NCBI GenBank assembly: GCA_044345395.1
Contig: JBIJBD010000001.1
Coordinates: 1-59,711, forward strand
Direction: 5' to 3'
Length of the DNA stretch: 59,711 bases
Source of the DNA: Crocinitomicaceae bacterium
GTDB taxonomy: Bacteria; Bacteroidota; Bacteroidia; Flavobacteriales_D; Crocinitomicaceae
A model generated the notes under the pieces. It had not been told where the DNA came from. It did no database searches and saw only the letters and a program-made list of their open reading frames with translations. Shown here piece by piece: positions 46,463 through 56,600 of the stretch (positions within the stretch are counted from its first letter, which is position 1; each line of letters opens with the position of its first letter). The translations under genes were made by a program, and so were the position numbers.

Positions 46463-46605
46463 GTTACAAAGGAAATAAGAGTTATCTACCCACTAAATCT
46501 TGCGCTACTTGTAAAAAAGACTTCACTTGGCGTAAAAAGTGGGAGAAAAACTGGGATGAGATAAAATATTGCAGCGACCGATGCCGAAAAAATAAAGATG
46601 CATAG
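46459..46605 (+). CDS. DUF2256 zinc-ribbon protein (48 aa; too short for the ORF track)
   Basis: Hand translation gives MSYKGNKSYLPTKSCATCKKDFTWRKKWEKNWDEIKYCSDRCRKNKDA. It has an ATGA overlap with the SDR stop and an 8-nt overlap with the next gene. Confidence 0.8.
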   Translation: MSYKGNKSYLPTKSCATCKKDFTWRKKWEKNWDEIKYCSDRCRKNKDA

Positions 46606-48145
46606 AACATTTACATCTGTCAAATTAATACTAGGGGACCAACTTAATTTGAATCATCCATGGTTTGAAAAAGCCAATGATGATGTCCTTTTCATAATGA
46701 TGGAGGTTCGAAGTGAAACCGATTACGTAAAACATCACATTCAAAAAGTAGTAGCCATCTTTGATTCCATGCGCAATTTTGCGGATGAATTAAAATCCAA
46801 AGGTCATCACATCCATTACATCTTTATTAATGACCCTGAAAATAAACCAACAATCACTGAAAATCTATGTTCGGTTTGTTCTAAATACAATGCGAAAGAA
46901 CTACATTGTCAATTACCGGACGAATATCGCGTAGATCAAGAATTAAAGCAACTGGATAGGAAACTAGGTATTACTGTTTATCACTCAGATACGCATCATT
47001 TTTTAACCACGAGAGAGGAATTTGGCGAATTCTTCAAAGGAAAGAAAACCTTTTTAATGGAGAACTTCTATCGTAACATGAGGGTGAAACACCAAATACT
47101 TGTTGATAATTCTAATAAACCGATCGGAGGAAAATGGAATTTTGATCAAGAAAATAGAAAAAAAGTTCCGAAAAATCATGTCATTCAGACTGTGCCTCTT
47201 GCGTCAAAAAATGTTTCCAAAATAGTATCTGATATTTACCTAGCAGAAATAAATACGATTGGGGAAATTTCTCCCACCAAATTTTCATGGACCACAACGC
47301 GCAGTGAGGCACTGGATTTATTGGAACAATTTGTTACCACTTCACTACCCTTGTTTGGAACACTTCAAGATGCCATGACAGAGAATCACTGGTATTTGTA
47401 TCATTCTCGGCTGTCTTTTGCATTAAATGTAAAATTGATTAACCCTTTTGAGGTTATCAAACGTGTGGAAAGAGCCTATTTCGAAAATCCTGAGATGCAC
47501 GAACTCAATCAAATTGAAGGTTTCATCCGTCAGATTTTAGGTTGGAGAGAATACATGCGTGGAATTTATTGGTCGCAAATGCCGGCTTACTCAGAACTCA
47601 ATTTCTTCGAAAACAAACGAGCGCTTCCCTCCTGGTTTTGGACAGGAAATACAAAAATGTATTGCTTGAAACATGCCATTTCACAATCGCTGAATCACGC
47701 TTATGCCCATCACATTCAACGCTTAATGGTCACCGGAAACTTTGCGCTTCTGGCTGGAATTGATCCGGATGAGGTGGATAATTGGTATTTGGGGATTTAC
47801 ATTGACGCATTTGAATGGGTAGAAATTACCAATACACGAGGAATGAGTCAATTTGCAGATGGTGGAATCGTAGGTTCAAAACCATACGTAAGTTCGGCGG
47901 CATACATCAATAAAATGAGCGATTACTGTGGAAATTGTCAGTATTCCTTCGACAAAAAAGTCGGAGAAAATGCTTGTCCTTTCAATTCCCTTTATTGGAA
48001 TTTCTTCGATGAACATACCGATAAACTTCGTTCAAATCCGAGATTAGGAATGATGCTGAACGTGTGGAATAAAATGCCCGCAAATGACAAAGCAGCCATA
48101 ATTGAGCAAGCAAACTTTTACCTCGAAAACATCGAAACGCTATGA
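46598..48145 (+). CDS. Cryptochrome/photolyase-family protein of the FeS-BCP / (6-4) photolyase PhrB type
   Basis: 515-aa ORF. Four Cys (CLKHA, CGNC, then C 13 residues later) have the spacing of the PhrB 4Fe-4S ligands. Confidence 0.8.
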   Translation: MHRTFTSVKLILGDQLNLNHPWFEKANDDVLFIMMEVRSETDYVKHHIQKVVAIFDSMRNFADELKSKGHHIHYIFINDPENKPTITENLCSVCSKYNAKELHCQLPDEYRVDQELKQLDRKLGITVYHSDTHHFLTTREEFGEFFKGKKTFLMENFYRNMRVKHQILVDNSNKPIGGKWNFDQENRKKVPKNHVIQTVPLASKNVSKIVSDIYLAEINTIGEISPTKFSWTTTRSEALDLLEQFVTTSLPLFGTLQDAMTENHWYLYHSRLSFALNVKLINPFEVIKRVERAYFENPEMHELNQIEGFIRQILGWREYMRGIYWSQMPAYSELNFFENKRALPSWFWTGNTKMYCLKHAISQSLNHAYAHHIQRLMVTGNFALLAGIDPDEVDNWYLGIYIDAFEWVEITNTRGMSQFADGGIVGSKPYVSSAAYINKMSDYCGNCQYSFDKKVGENACPFNSLYWNFFDEHTDKLRSNPRLGMMLNVWNKMPANDKAAIIEQANFYLENIETL

Positions 48146-49431
48146 AGAAAATAGGAATTGTGTTGTTTACAAGCGATTTAAGACTTCACGATAACACAAC
48201 TTTGGTCCAAGCGATTAAAGAAAATGACGAGGTTATTCCTTTATTTTGTTGGGATGAAGATTACATGAAAAGTGAACAATTTGGATTTAAACGAATGGGA
48301 AATTTTCGGCGCGGTTTTCTTTACAAGGCATTAGCGGATTTACACCAAAATTTAAAATCCATTGGTGGCTATTTGTTAGTCCGAAAAGGCAATCAAGTAG
48401 AAGTAATAGAAGAATTATTAACGCACTATTCCGTTTTTAAAGTTTACACAAAAAAGCAAGTTGGAATCGAAGAAAAGCGAGGAAATGAACGATTGAAAAA
48501 AATTCTTTTATCCAAAGGGGTTGATTATGAAGAATACAGTACAAGCACCATGTATCACCCTTCTGATTTACCTTTTTCGATGACTTCGATACCTGAAGTT
48601 TTTACAAAATTTAGAAAAATCGTGGAGAAGGAGGCTACTGTTCGCCAGACGACACCGTCACCACCTGCAATTTCCTGTCCTGTCCAGCCAAATGATTTAC
48701 AAGAATTAAATTCGATGAATCATATACTGAGTTTGGACAATCGTTCATCGCTTCCCGATTTGGGAGGAGAAACCTCAGCTTTGAAACATGTGCATTCCTA
48801 TATTTTTGAACAGAAACACGTTTTGCATTACAAGGAAACTCGTAATGAACTTATTGGCATAAATTTCTCGTCAAAACTATCGCATTGGTTGGCGTTGGGC
48901 TGTCTTTCTCCGAAATTCATTTACTATGAGGTTAAGCGGTTTGAGCAAGAGGTAAAAGCAAATGATTCCACCTATTGGTTGATCTTCGAATTGTTGTGGC
49001 GCGATTTCTTCCGTTTTTCGTTCAAGAAACATCCGGTGGAGTATTTTCAGTTACATGGTATTTTAGGCAAATCTGTTCTGAAACCAACGAGAAATAAAGA
49101 AGTAATTGACTCTTGGGTCAATGGGGAAACCTCAAGTTCATTCGTGAATGCAGCGATGAAGGAATTAAAAGCAACAGGCTGGACCTCCAATCGCATGCGG
49201 CAAATTGTGGCAAGTTATTTCATTTATGATTTAGAACAAGATTGGCGAGTGGGAGCGGCTTATTTTGAATCGCAATTGATTGACTATGATGTTTCCTCCA
49301 ATTGGGGCAATTGGGCCTACATTGCTGGTGTTGGAAATGACCCAAGAGCAGGCAGAAAATTTAATACAGAAAAACAAGAAGAACAATACGATAAGGACAA
49401 ATGTTATCAAACATTATGGAACAGGAATTAA
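48142..49431 (+). CDS. DASH-family cryptochrome / ssDNA photolyase
   Basis: 429-aa ORF with N-terminal photolyase alpha/beta domain FTSDLRLHDN and C-terminal FAD-binding motifs WRDFF and SNWGNWAYIAGVGND. It has an ATGA overlap with the upstream gene. Confidence 0.85.
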   Translation: MKKIGIVLFTSDLRLHDNTTLVQAIKENDEVIPLFCWDEDYMKSEQFGFKRMGNFRRGFLYKALADLHQNLKSIGGYLLVRKGNQVEVIEELLTHYSVFKVYTKKQVGIEEKRGNERLKKILLSKGVDYEEYSTSTMYHPSDLPFSMTSIPEVFTKFRKIVEKEATVRQTTPSPPAISCPVQPNDLQELNSMNHILSLDNRSSLPDLGGETSALKHVHSYIFEQKHVLHYKETRNELIGINFSSKLSHWLALGCLSPKFIYYEVKRFEQEVKANDSTYWLIFELLWRDFFRFSFKKHPVEYFQLHGILGKSVLKPTRNKEVIDSWVNGETSSSFVNAAMKELKATGWTSNRMRQIVASYFIYDLEQDWRVGAAYFESQLIDYDVSSNWGNWAYIAGVGNDPRAGRKFNTEKQEEQYDKDKCYQTLWNRN

Positions 49432-49469
49432 TCTGTCAATACAGTGATTTACCTTCGCCGCTGGCTTAC

Positions 49470-49766
49470 ATGTTGCCAAAGAAGGAAGAAAAAAGCGAGC
49501 TTTCTGAAGCTGATATCGACCGCATCATTGAAATGGCATGGGAAGACCGGACACCGTTTGACGCCATTAAATTACAATTTGGATTGAACGAACAAGCAGT
49601 TCGAAATTTAATGAGAAAAGAATTGAAAGCAAGTTCATACAAGAGATGGAGAGGGAGAGTTGAAGCATGCAAAACTAAGCACATACAAGGAAGGCCTTCA
49701 GAAATAAATCGATTTAAATGCTCTCGACAACGCAGTATTTCTAACAATAAAATTTCAAAAAGATGA
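49470..49766 (+). CDS. TIGR03643 (DUF2805) family protein
   Basis: IIEMAWEDRTPFDAIKLQFGLNEQAVRNLMRKELKASSYKRWRGRV is the family core. The start is ambiguous: ATG 49470, or 49416/49401 overlapping the cryptochrome gene. Confidence 0.7.
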   Translation: MLPKKEEKSELSEADIDRIIEMAWEDRTPFDAIKLQFGLNEQAVRNLMRKELKASSYKRWRGRVEACKTKHIQGRPSEINRFKCSRQRSISNNKISKR

Positions 49767-50395
49767 TTTGTTTAGATAAATCTTATTTCGAAACGCTAGG
49801 CAAGGTGCCGCGATTGAACCTCATTAATTCGTGTATGGGATACAAATCTGGTAATTTGATTGGGACTATCTCTAAAGAAGGTCAATCTAACCTTGCTGTT
49901 TTTTCAAGCATCACCCATTTAGGTAGCGACCCTGCACTATTAGGTTTTATTATAAGACCCACAACAGTACCCCGACATACTTATACTAACCTTAAAGAAA
50001 TTGGGTATTTTTCAGTGAATGCGATTACAGAAAATATCATTTCAGCTGCGCATCAAACTTCGGCTAGTTATCCAAAAGATGTGAGTGAATTTGAAGAAAC
50101 AGGAATCACTATTGAATGGAAACATGGCGTTACCGTTCCCTTTGTTGACCGAAGCCCGGTTCAATTGTTATGTAAATACCTTAACGAATACACTATTCAG
50201 GAAAACGGAACTATTCATGTGATAGCTTCTATTGAAAAGATATATGTAAACGAATCGATGCTCAACGATGATTACTGGATTCAACTTGACAAAGGAAACA
50301 TTGTTACCATTAATGGCTTAGACGGATATGCGAAAACTGAATTAATTGAACGATTTCCGTATGCAAGGGTAAAAGAAAAGAAGGTAGCATTTTAA
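49763..50395 (+). CDS. Flavin reductase-like (FMN-binding split-barrel) protein
   Basis: 210-aa ORF with an ATGA overlap with the previous gene. Its length and the SNLAVFSS..HLGSDPALLGFIIRP region resemble COG1853-type flavin reductases. Confidence 0.6.
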   Translation: MICLDKSYFETLGKVPRLNLINSCMGYKSGNLIGTISKEGQSNLAVFSSITHLGSDPALLGFIIRPTTVPRHTYTNLKEIGYFSVNAITENIISAAHQTSASYPKDVSEFEETGITIEWKHGVTVPFVDRSPVQLLCKYLNEYTIQENGTIHVIASIEKIYVNESMLNDDYWIQLDKGNIVTINGLDGYAKTELIERFPYARVKEKKVAF

Positions 50396-50402
50396 GTACT
50401 GT

Positions 50403-52590
50403 TTAAAACTTCGCTCCAATTGAGAAGTAAACGGTTCTTCCGTTTCCAGGCAGTAAGCCTGGCCCAGGATAACCACCGGACCGTCTTGTCGCATATTTCT
50501 CGTTCATAAGATTGTTCGCTAACTAAGTAAGTGCATGAAAAATCCATCACTTGATAGCCGTCAATTTTGCCTATTGTTGCTTTAGCGTTGGGGTTTTCCG
50601 TATTTAAGGCATCGGTATAGACTTTACCAACTTGGTTTAATTGAAAAGTGGCAGAAAAACGCTTGTACTTATAACTAACTCCAAAACGGTTAATATTTCT
50701 TGGTGCGTTCTCAACAAAATTGCCTTTAAATTCTTTTGTAGAATCAGTAAGTGCATCCGGATCATCCCATCGGGTATATCGTGCATCAATCCATGCAACG
50801 TTTGCAAACACTTTAAGACTACCAAACTCTGAAATTTTCATCAAGGATAAAACATCAAGTTCCACCAAAGACTCAATTCCTTTACTCACAGATGCTCCAA
50901 TATTTGTTTTTAAATTTTTACCATTTACATTGATCGTGCCTATTCGATTATCGTAAAATAAATAAAAAGCACCGAGGTCAAAATTCAATGCGCCTAAAAC
51001 AAAACCTTTAAATCCAAAATCTATGTTATATCCATTAGCATCTCGGAGATTTTGATTTATGGAATCTGTTGTCGCCCCGGGAGTTAATTCCGAAAATGTT
51101 ACCGGTCTAAATGCTTGACTGAAATTCCCGTAAAATGAGGTGTTTTTCGTTAGGTCATATTCAGCACCAACTCCTCCAAGAACTACATTTCTTACTTGAT
51201 TAGGTACCCTTAAGGAATCGCCAATTGCAGGTTTATCAATTAATCCTGTTGCTGAGGATAGAATATATTCCATTCGCACTCCCGGCGTCAAAGACAGCTT
51301 TTTCGTTAGCTGAAACATATTCTCCACAAAAAAAGCGGCATTTTGTGTGCCATATTGCTGATCTTTTTTGTAATCAAAATTCCCATTTACAGAAGTCAAT
51401 TGTTGTGAAATAGACAAGTCGAAATCACTGTCCACAGATCCAATTCCACCTTGTCTTCTAATCGTGCTGCCTTGATACAATCTGCCGCCAACGGAGAGTG
51501 CAGATTCTTGACCAAATAATTTATACAGCTTCAAGTATCGTACCTCGGCACCAATATTATTATACCAATCGCGATCAATTTGACGGGGGTTGAAATAACT
51601 TCCATTCAACGAATCGGGCAAATTAATATCTTTCATAAATCCAACGCTATTACGCTGTGCATACGTATGGAAAATGCTCATCTTGAGTTTGTCAGTTTTA
51701 TTGATTTGATAGTCAACGTGTAATGCTGTTGAATTCCAAGGCGTAGAGAACCAATTTCTTGCGCGCACCGATTGCCGATGTTCTACGTTGAACATAGAAT
51801 CGGTCAACCCTCCTGGTTGCTGACTCAAATAATCCATGTGCGTGTATTCTAAATTGACGGAAAATTTTGAGCTGAATGCATAAGACACGGAGGCGTGTCC
51901 TGTAGTGGTTCTATAACGGCTATTTTCTCTCCATCCGTCTGCGCTTCGATGGTGTAAATATCCGTAGTAAGAAAACTTCTTAATCTTTCCTCCAATAGCA
52001 TTGTATGCATTGAATAGTCCAAAGCTTCCCACAGTCTGTTGGGTTTCAAAAGAAAATGCTTTGTTTCCTACTGACTTTTTTGTCACATAATTCATTAGTC
52101 CGCCAAACTGGGTTCCATATTGCAAGGATGCTGCGCCCCTAACGATTTCAAGTTTTTCTAAGGCCTCTGCCGGTGGTGTAAAATATGCCTCCGGATATCC
52201 GAAAGCTTCAGAAGAAATATCGCATCCATTCATTCGAACGTTAAATTCCCAAGATCTATTAGGACTCAATCCACGCGCGGCAACAGAGGTTTGAATGCCT
52301 GAACCATCGTTTTCCCAGATTGAAATACCTGGTACTTTTCCCATAATTTGACGGTAATTATTTGTAGAAAGGTCGGCATTTAAGGCCGAAAATTGAATCA
52401 CTTCATTCTTTTTTCCCGCCATGATGCGCAGGCCTTCAATCGACTGCATTCTTAACAGATCTCTTGCATCTTTTCGCAATAAAATTTCAATGGTTTCTTT
52501 TGACTTAGTCGAGTCATCAATTATAGGTTGGGCAAATCCAATAAAGAAAGGAGATACTGCCACAAATAGTATAGTAATGATTAATTTCAT
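50403..52590 (-). pseudogene. TonB-dependent receptor, frameshifted about 40 codons before the C-terminus
   Basis: It has a signal peptide plus plug and barrel. The track frame ends in ...DFSCTYLVSEQSYEREICDK..., which is not receptor-like. The other frame reads LANNLMNEKYATRRSGGYPGPGLLPGNGRTVYFSIGAKF-stop (stop at 50405-50403), the canonical C-terminal beta-strand. Confidence 0.7.
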
Positions 52591-52724
52591 TATGCAAAAT
52601 TGGCAGGTTCTACCAATTAGTGCAATACCAAAAAAATGGTATTTTAGAATTATTCTAAATAAGCCTTAACGTTATTTGCATGGCATGTATCTTGTAAATT
52701 TGCTCTAACAACTATAGAATAACT

Positions 52725-53420
52725 ATGATTTTAAAACTATTCATAATCTGCATGTTAATTTTGGTAATTACCTCTTCTCATGCACAAGACACAAGTAAAA
52801 TAAATCAATCCAACATTACCGCTACAACGGCAATTTACGACTTCGACTGGTTTATTGATCCCGAATTAGTGAACAGAACGACGTTTGACATACCAAATGA
52901 CGGAAACATAGGAAATGGATTTAATCGAGTTTTAATCTCTCAAAATATAGTTGATTCCGTAATTCGTGGTGTAGAAAATCTTGTTGGAGACAAGGTGCCT
53001 TCTACAGCTAAGTGCGTATATAGAATTAATAAAAATGGAAGGCAAATTGCCACGAGAAATACGGTGCAAACAGTGGGAGACCTTCCCTCAAGTACAAGAA
53101 AAAAAGCTCTATTAGCATTTGAAAGAGATTACTACGCTGACGTGCTCATTAGAATTGGAACAACCAAAGGGCCAACCATTGGCGATATAAATGGAACAAA
53201 CGTTACCCGTCTTAGACCATTCATCGTTTTAAAGGTTAAAGTTTTTGATCAAGAAAAGAATAGAGTGTATAGAAACCGAGTAAGGTTAAGAAACTTCGAT
53301 AAAATCACACGATTTCAAATTGGTATCGCAGGAATAAACATGACCAACCGAAATGCTCTTTCACAAGAACAAATTTCGGAAATGGTTTTCATGGCTGTAG
53401 AAGCATTGCGCAACAAATAA
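52725..53420 (+). CDS. Hypothetical secreted protein
   Basis: 231-aa ORF with signal peptide MILKLFIICMLILVITSSHAQ. No motif was recognised. Confidence 0.5.
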   Translation: MILKLFIICMLILVITSSHAQDTSKINQSNITATTAIYDFDWFIDPELVNRTTFDIPNDGNIGNGFNRVLISQNIVDSVIRGVENLVGDKVPSTAKCVYRINKNGRQIATRNTVQTVGDLPSSTRKKALLAFERDYYADVLIRIGTTKGPTIGDINGTNVTRLRPFIVLKVKVFDQEKNRVYRNRVRLRNFDKITRFQIGIAGINMTNRNALSQEQISEMVFMAVEALRNK

Positions 53421-53446
53421 AAAAAGGAGCTTTTAGCTCCTTTTTG
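53420..53446. terminator. Bidirectional intrinsic terminator between the hypothetical gene and tRNA-Gln
   Basis: AAAAAA-GGAGCT-TTT-AGCTCC-TTTTT, a 6-bp stem flanked by A and T tracts. Confidence 0.6.
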
Positions 53447-53519
53447 TTGACCCACTAGGGCTCGAACCTAGACTCTTCTGAACCAAAATCAGACGTGTTG
53501 CCAGTTACACCATGGGTCA
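53447..53519 (-). tRNA. tRNA-Gln (anticodon TTG), CCA not encoded
   Basis: Hand-folded. Acceptor TGACCCA/TGGGTCA, anticodon stem TCTGA/TCAGA with loop TTTTGGT, T arm CTAGG-TTCGAGC-CCTAG, discriminator A. Confidence 0.9.
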
Positions 53520-53552
53520 ATTTTCATTCAATTAGTTCTTCGAATGAGGGGA

Positions 53553-53560
53553 CAAATTTA
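53553..53560 (-). promoter_or_regulatory. Candidate -7 box (TAaaTTTG) for tRNA-Gln
   Basis: Minus-strand TAAATTTG, 34 nt upstream of the tRNA 5' end. Confidence 0.35.
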
Positions 53561-53687
53561 CAGACAAAATTTTAATATACTAAAATCAGAACTAAAAAAT
53601 CTTCAAAAAAACAACGCTTAATGTTCAATAATATGCCTTAGTGCTTCAAATTTGCTAAATTCGCAGAACTTGAAAAAGTAATATCTT

Positions 53688-56600
53688 ATGAATTGGACGT
53701 TTGAAAAATGGAATAAATTAGTTGGTTGGGGTGTATTTGCAGTAGCAACCGCAGTTTACCTTATAACTATAGAGGACACCGCAAGTTTATGGGACTGTGG
53801 TGAATATATCACTGCAGCCTATAAATTAGAAGTTGGTCACCCACCGGGAGCTCCATTTTTTATGATATTAGGTCGTTTGTTTTCCTTTTTCGCAGCGCCC
53901 GAAAATGTAGCTGTGTGGATTAATTCTGTCTCAGCACTTTCAAGTTCGTTTACCATTCTTTTTATGTTTTGGTCTCTGAGTTTGCTGATTCGAAAAATGA
54001 TTCGCATTAAAAAACCGACCCTAGACAACGGAGATGAATTAGTTACTTTAATAGGCTCTGCAATTGGTTCTTTAGCGTATACGTTTTCAGATTCCTTTTG
54101 GTTTTCAGCAGTAGAAGGTGAAGTGTATGCCATGGCCTCTTTGTTTACTGCCGTCATTTTCTGGGCTATTTTGAAGTGGGACGAAGAAATGGCAAGGCAT
54201 CAAGCGGGTGAAGAATTGGATAGAACACCTAACCGTTGGCTACTTCTGATTATGTTCTTATTAGGTCTTGCAATTGGGGTGCATTTGTTGGGTATACTTG
54301 TGGTTCCTGCGATTGGCTATATCATTTATTTCCGTGTTGTAAAAGACACCACTTGGAAAGGTATTTTCATAACTGGTTTGGTATCTATTTTCGCACTTGG
54401 ATTTATTCAAGAAGGTATTATCCCAGGATCTATTTCACTTGCTAGTTCATTTGAGGTATTCTTTGTGAATTCCATGGGTATGCCATTTTATTCTGGTACT
54501 ATTTTCTTTTTTGGATTACTTGTATATGGCATATTTTGGGGTGTAAAATATGCCCGAAGAAAAGGAAAGACTATACTTTACAACAGTTTAATGGGACTTA
54601 TTTTTCTATTGATAGGTTATGGATCATTTGCCGTTATTGTTATTCGCTCTAATGCAAATACGCCGTTGGATGAAAACGATCCAGAAAATTTGGTGACCTT
54701 ACACTCCTATTTAAAAAGGGAGCAATATGGATACACGCCATTGTTTTCCGGTCCTTATTGGAATTCACAAGAAAATGATCAAAACGAATGGGAAAATGCA
54801 TCGCCAAGCTATTTGAGACGATTCGTTGTTATAAAAGATAACGCAGAAATCAAAGCATTCACGAAAGAAGACGAAGCGACTGCATATGCCGAAGAGGTAA
54901 GCGGTTTAGTAGAAGAAAAATATTTCGCCTCGAATCGCATGTTGGTTGGTGAAAACAAAGTGGTTTATCAACCCATGAAAGCCACCTATCCATCTGATCA
55001 AACCACGATTTTCCCTCGAATGTATTCCGATGAAGAACGGCATATTCGCGGTTATAAAAATTGGTCAGGGTATGACCCGAACAAGGGTAGTTCATCGGCA
55101 AGTGGTAAAGACGGAAATAGATTGCCGACATTTGGAGAGAACCTTCGTTATTTCTTCCGATACCAGATCAATTGGATGTATACCCGTTATTTCATGTGGA
55201 ATTTTGCTGGAAGACAAAACGACATTCAAGGACATGGTGATCAAATGCGTGGTAATTGGATTTCTGGAATAGGTTTTATTGACAATGCGCGATTAGGTAA
55301 TCAAGACGAAGCTCCCTATTATACCAAAGAAAATCCTTCCAATAATAAATTCTATTTTATCCCGCTTATTTTGGCACTGGTAGGATTATTCTTTCACTTC
55401 TATAAATCACCTAAAGATGCTTTTGTACTCATGCTTGCTTTCCTTTTTACGGGATTGGCCATCGTCATATACTTAAATCAAAAGCCTTTTGAACCAAGGG
55501 AACGAGATTATGCCTACGCGGGATCATTCTACTTTTTTGCCATGTGGATTGGTATTGGGGTTTATGCTATTTATGATATACTCACAAGTAAAAAATGGAT
55601 CTCAAACGGAATTGTTTCAGCTGGACTTTCTGGCGTTCTTGGTGTGGCTGCTCCCATTCTTATGGTAACTCAAGGATGGGACGATCATGACCGAAGCGGA
55701 AAAACCTCTGCTCGTGATCTAGCGTTAAATTATTTGGAATCTTGTTCTAAGAATGCCATACTTTTTACCAACGGAGACAATGATACGTTCCCCTTGTGGT
55801 ACATGCAAGAAGTTGAAGGCAAAAGAACAGATGTACGAGTTTGTAACCTTTCACTAATGGGCACTGATTGGTATACAAATCAAATGAAAATGAAAGCATA
55901 CGAGTCCGATCCTTTACCGATAAAGTTTCGAGAAGACCAAATTCTTATGCTTGCTGGGAATACCGATCAAATTTACTTCTTAAGTATGCGTGAATTGGTA
56001 AATTCTAACAATGATAAATTAATCAATGGTGTGCTGGATTTGCGCTTGAAGAACAACCTAAATAAAGCAAAAATGGCAATCAGCTATTTTGATTCAGAAG
56101 CCTCAAGATTTATTGCTCAAATAAATAGCGCAGATCAAGAGGTAAATAAAGCCAAAGGCATGTTACTGACAACAGATACAGCAAATATCAAACAAACTAT
56201 TATCAATAAATTTAAAGGGTACAGTTACCTAGATGCCTCAATCGATAAATCAGGGATGAACGGGCAGATAATGCAATCTCTCGGGGCATTAATTCAAGAC
56301 TTTGAATACCCAGAGTATATGGATTTCGTAGAAGAATATGGATATGCCGCGCCACCAGAAAAATTACGAGATTGGTCTTCAGTTGATTTAACTGATGCCA
56401 TGGCCTTTGTAAGAAACGACTCAAATGCCGTTGAAAACGGTTCCAAACCTCTTGCATTTTTCCCTTCAAAAAAATTCTCGCTGCGCGTTAACAAGCAAAA
56501 TGCTTTAACATCGGGTACTATAACCAAAGAGCAATTAGCAAGCTGTCCAGACCAAATTACTTTTGCCTACGATAGAGACCGCTATTTGACGAAAAGCGAA

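Noticed and set aside
52591-52724. Possible riboswitch in the TonB-dependent receptor leader (hairpin AATACCA-T7-TGGTATT)
   Set aside because: The leader is only about 130 nt and AT-rich, with a single simple hairpin. I could not recognise any conserved riboswitch core (cobalamin, TPP or other).
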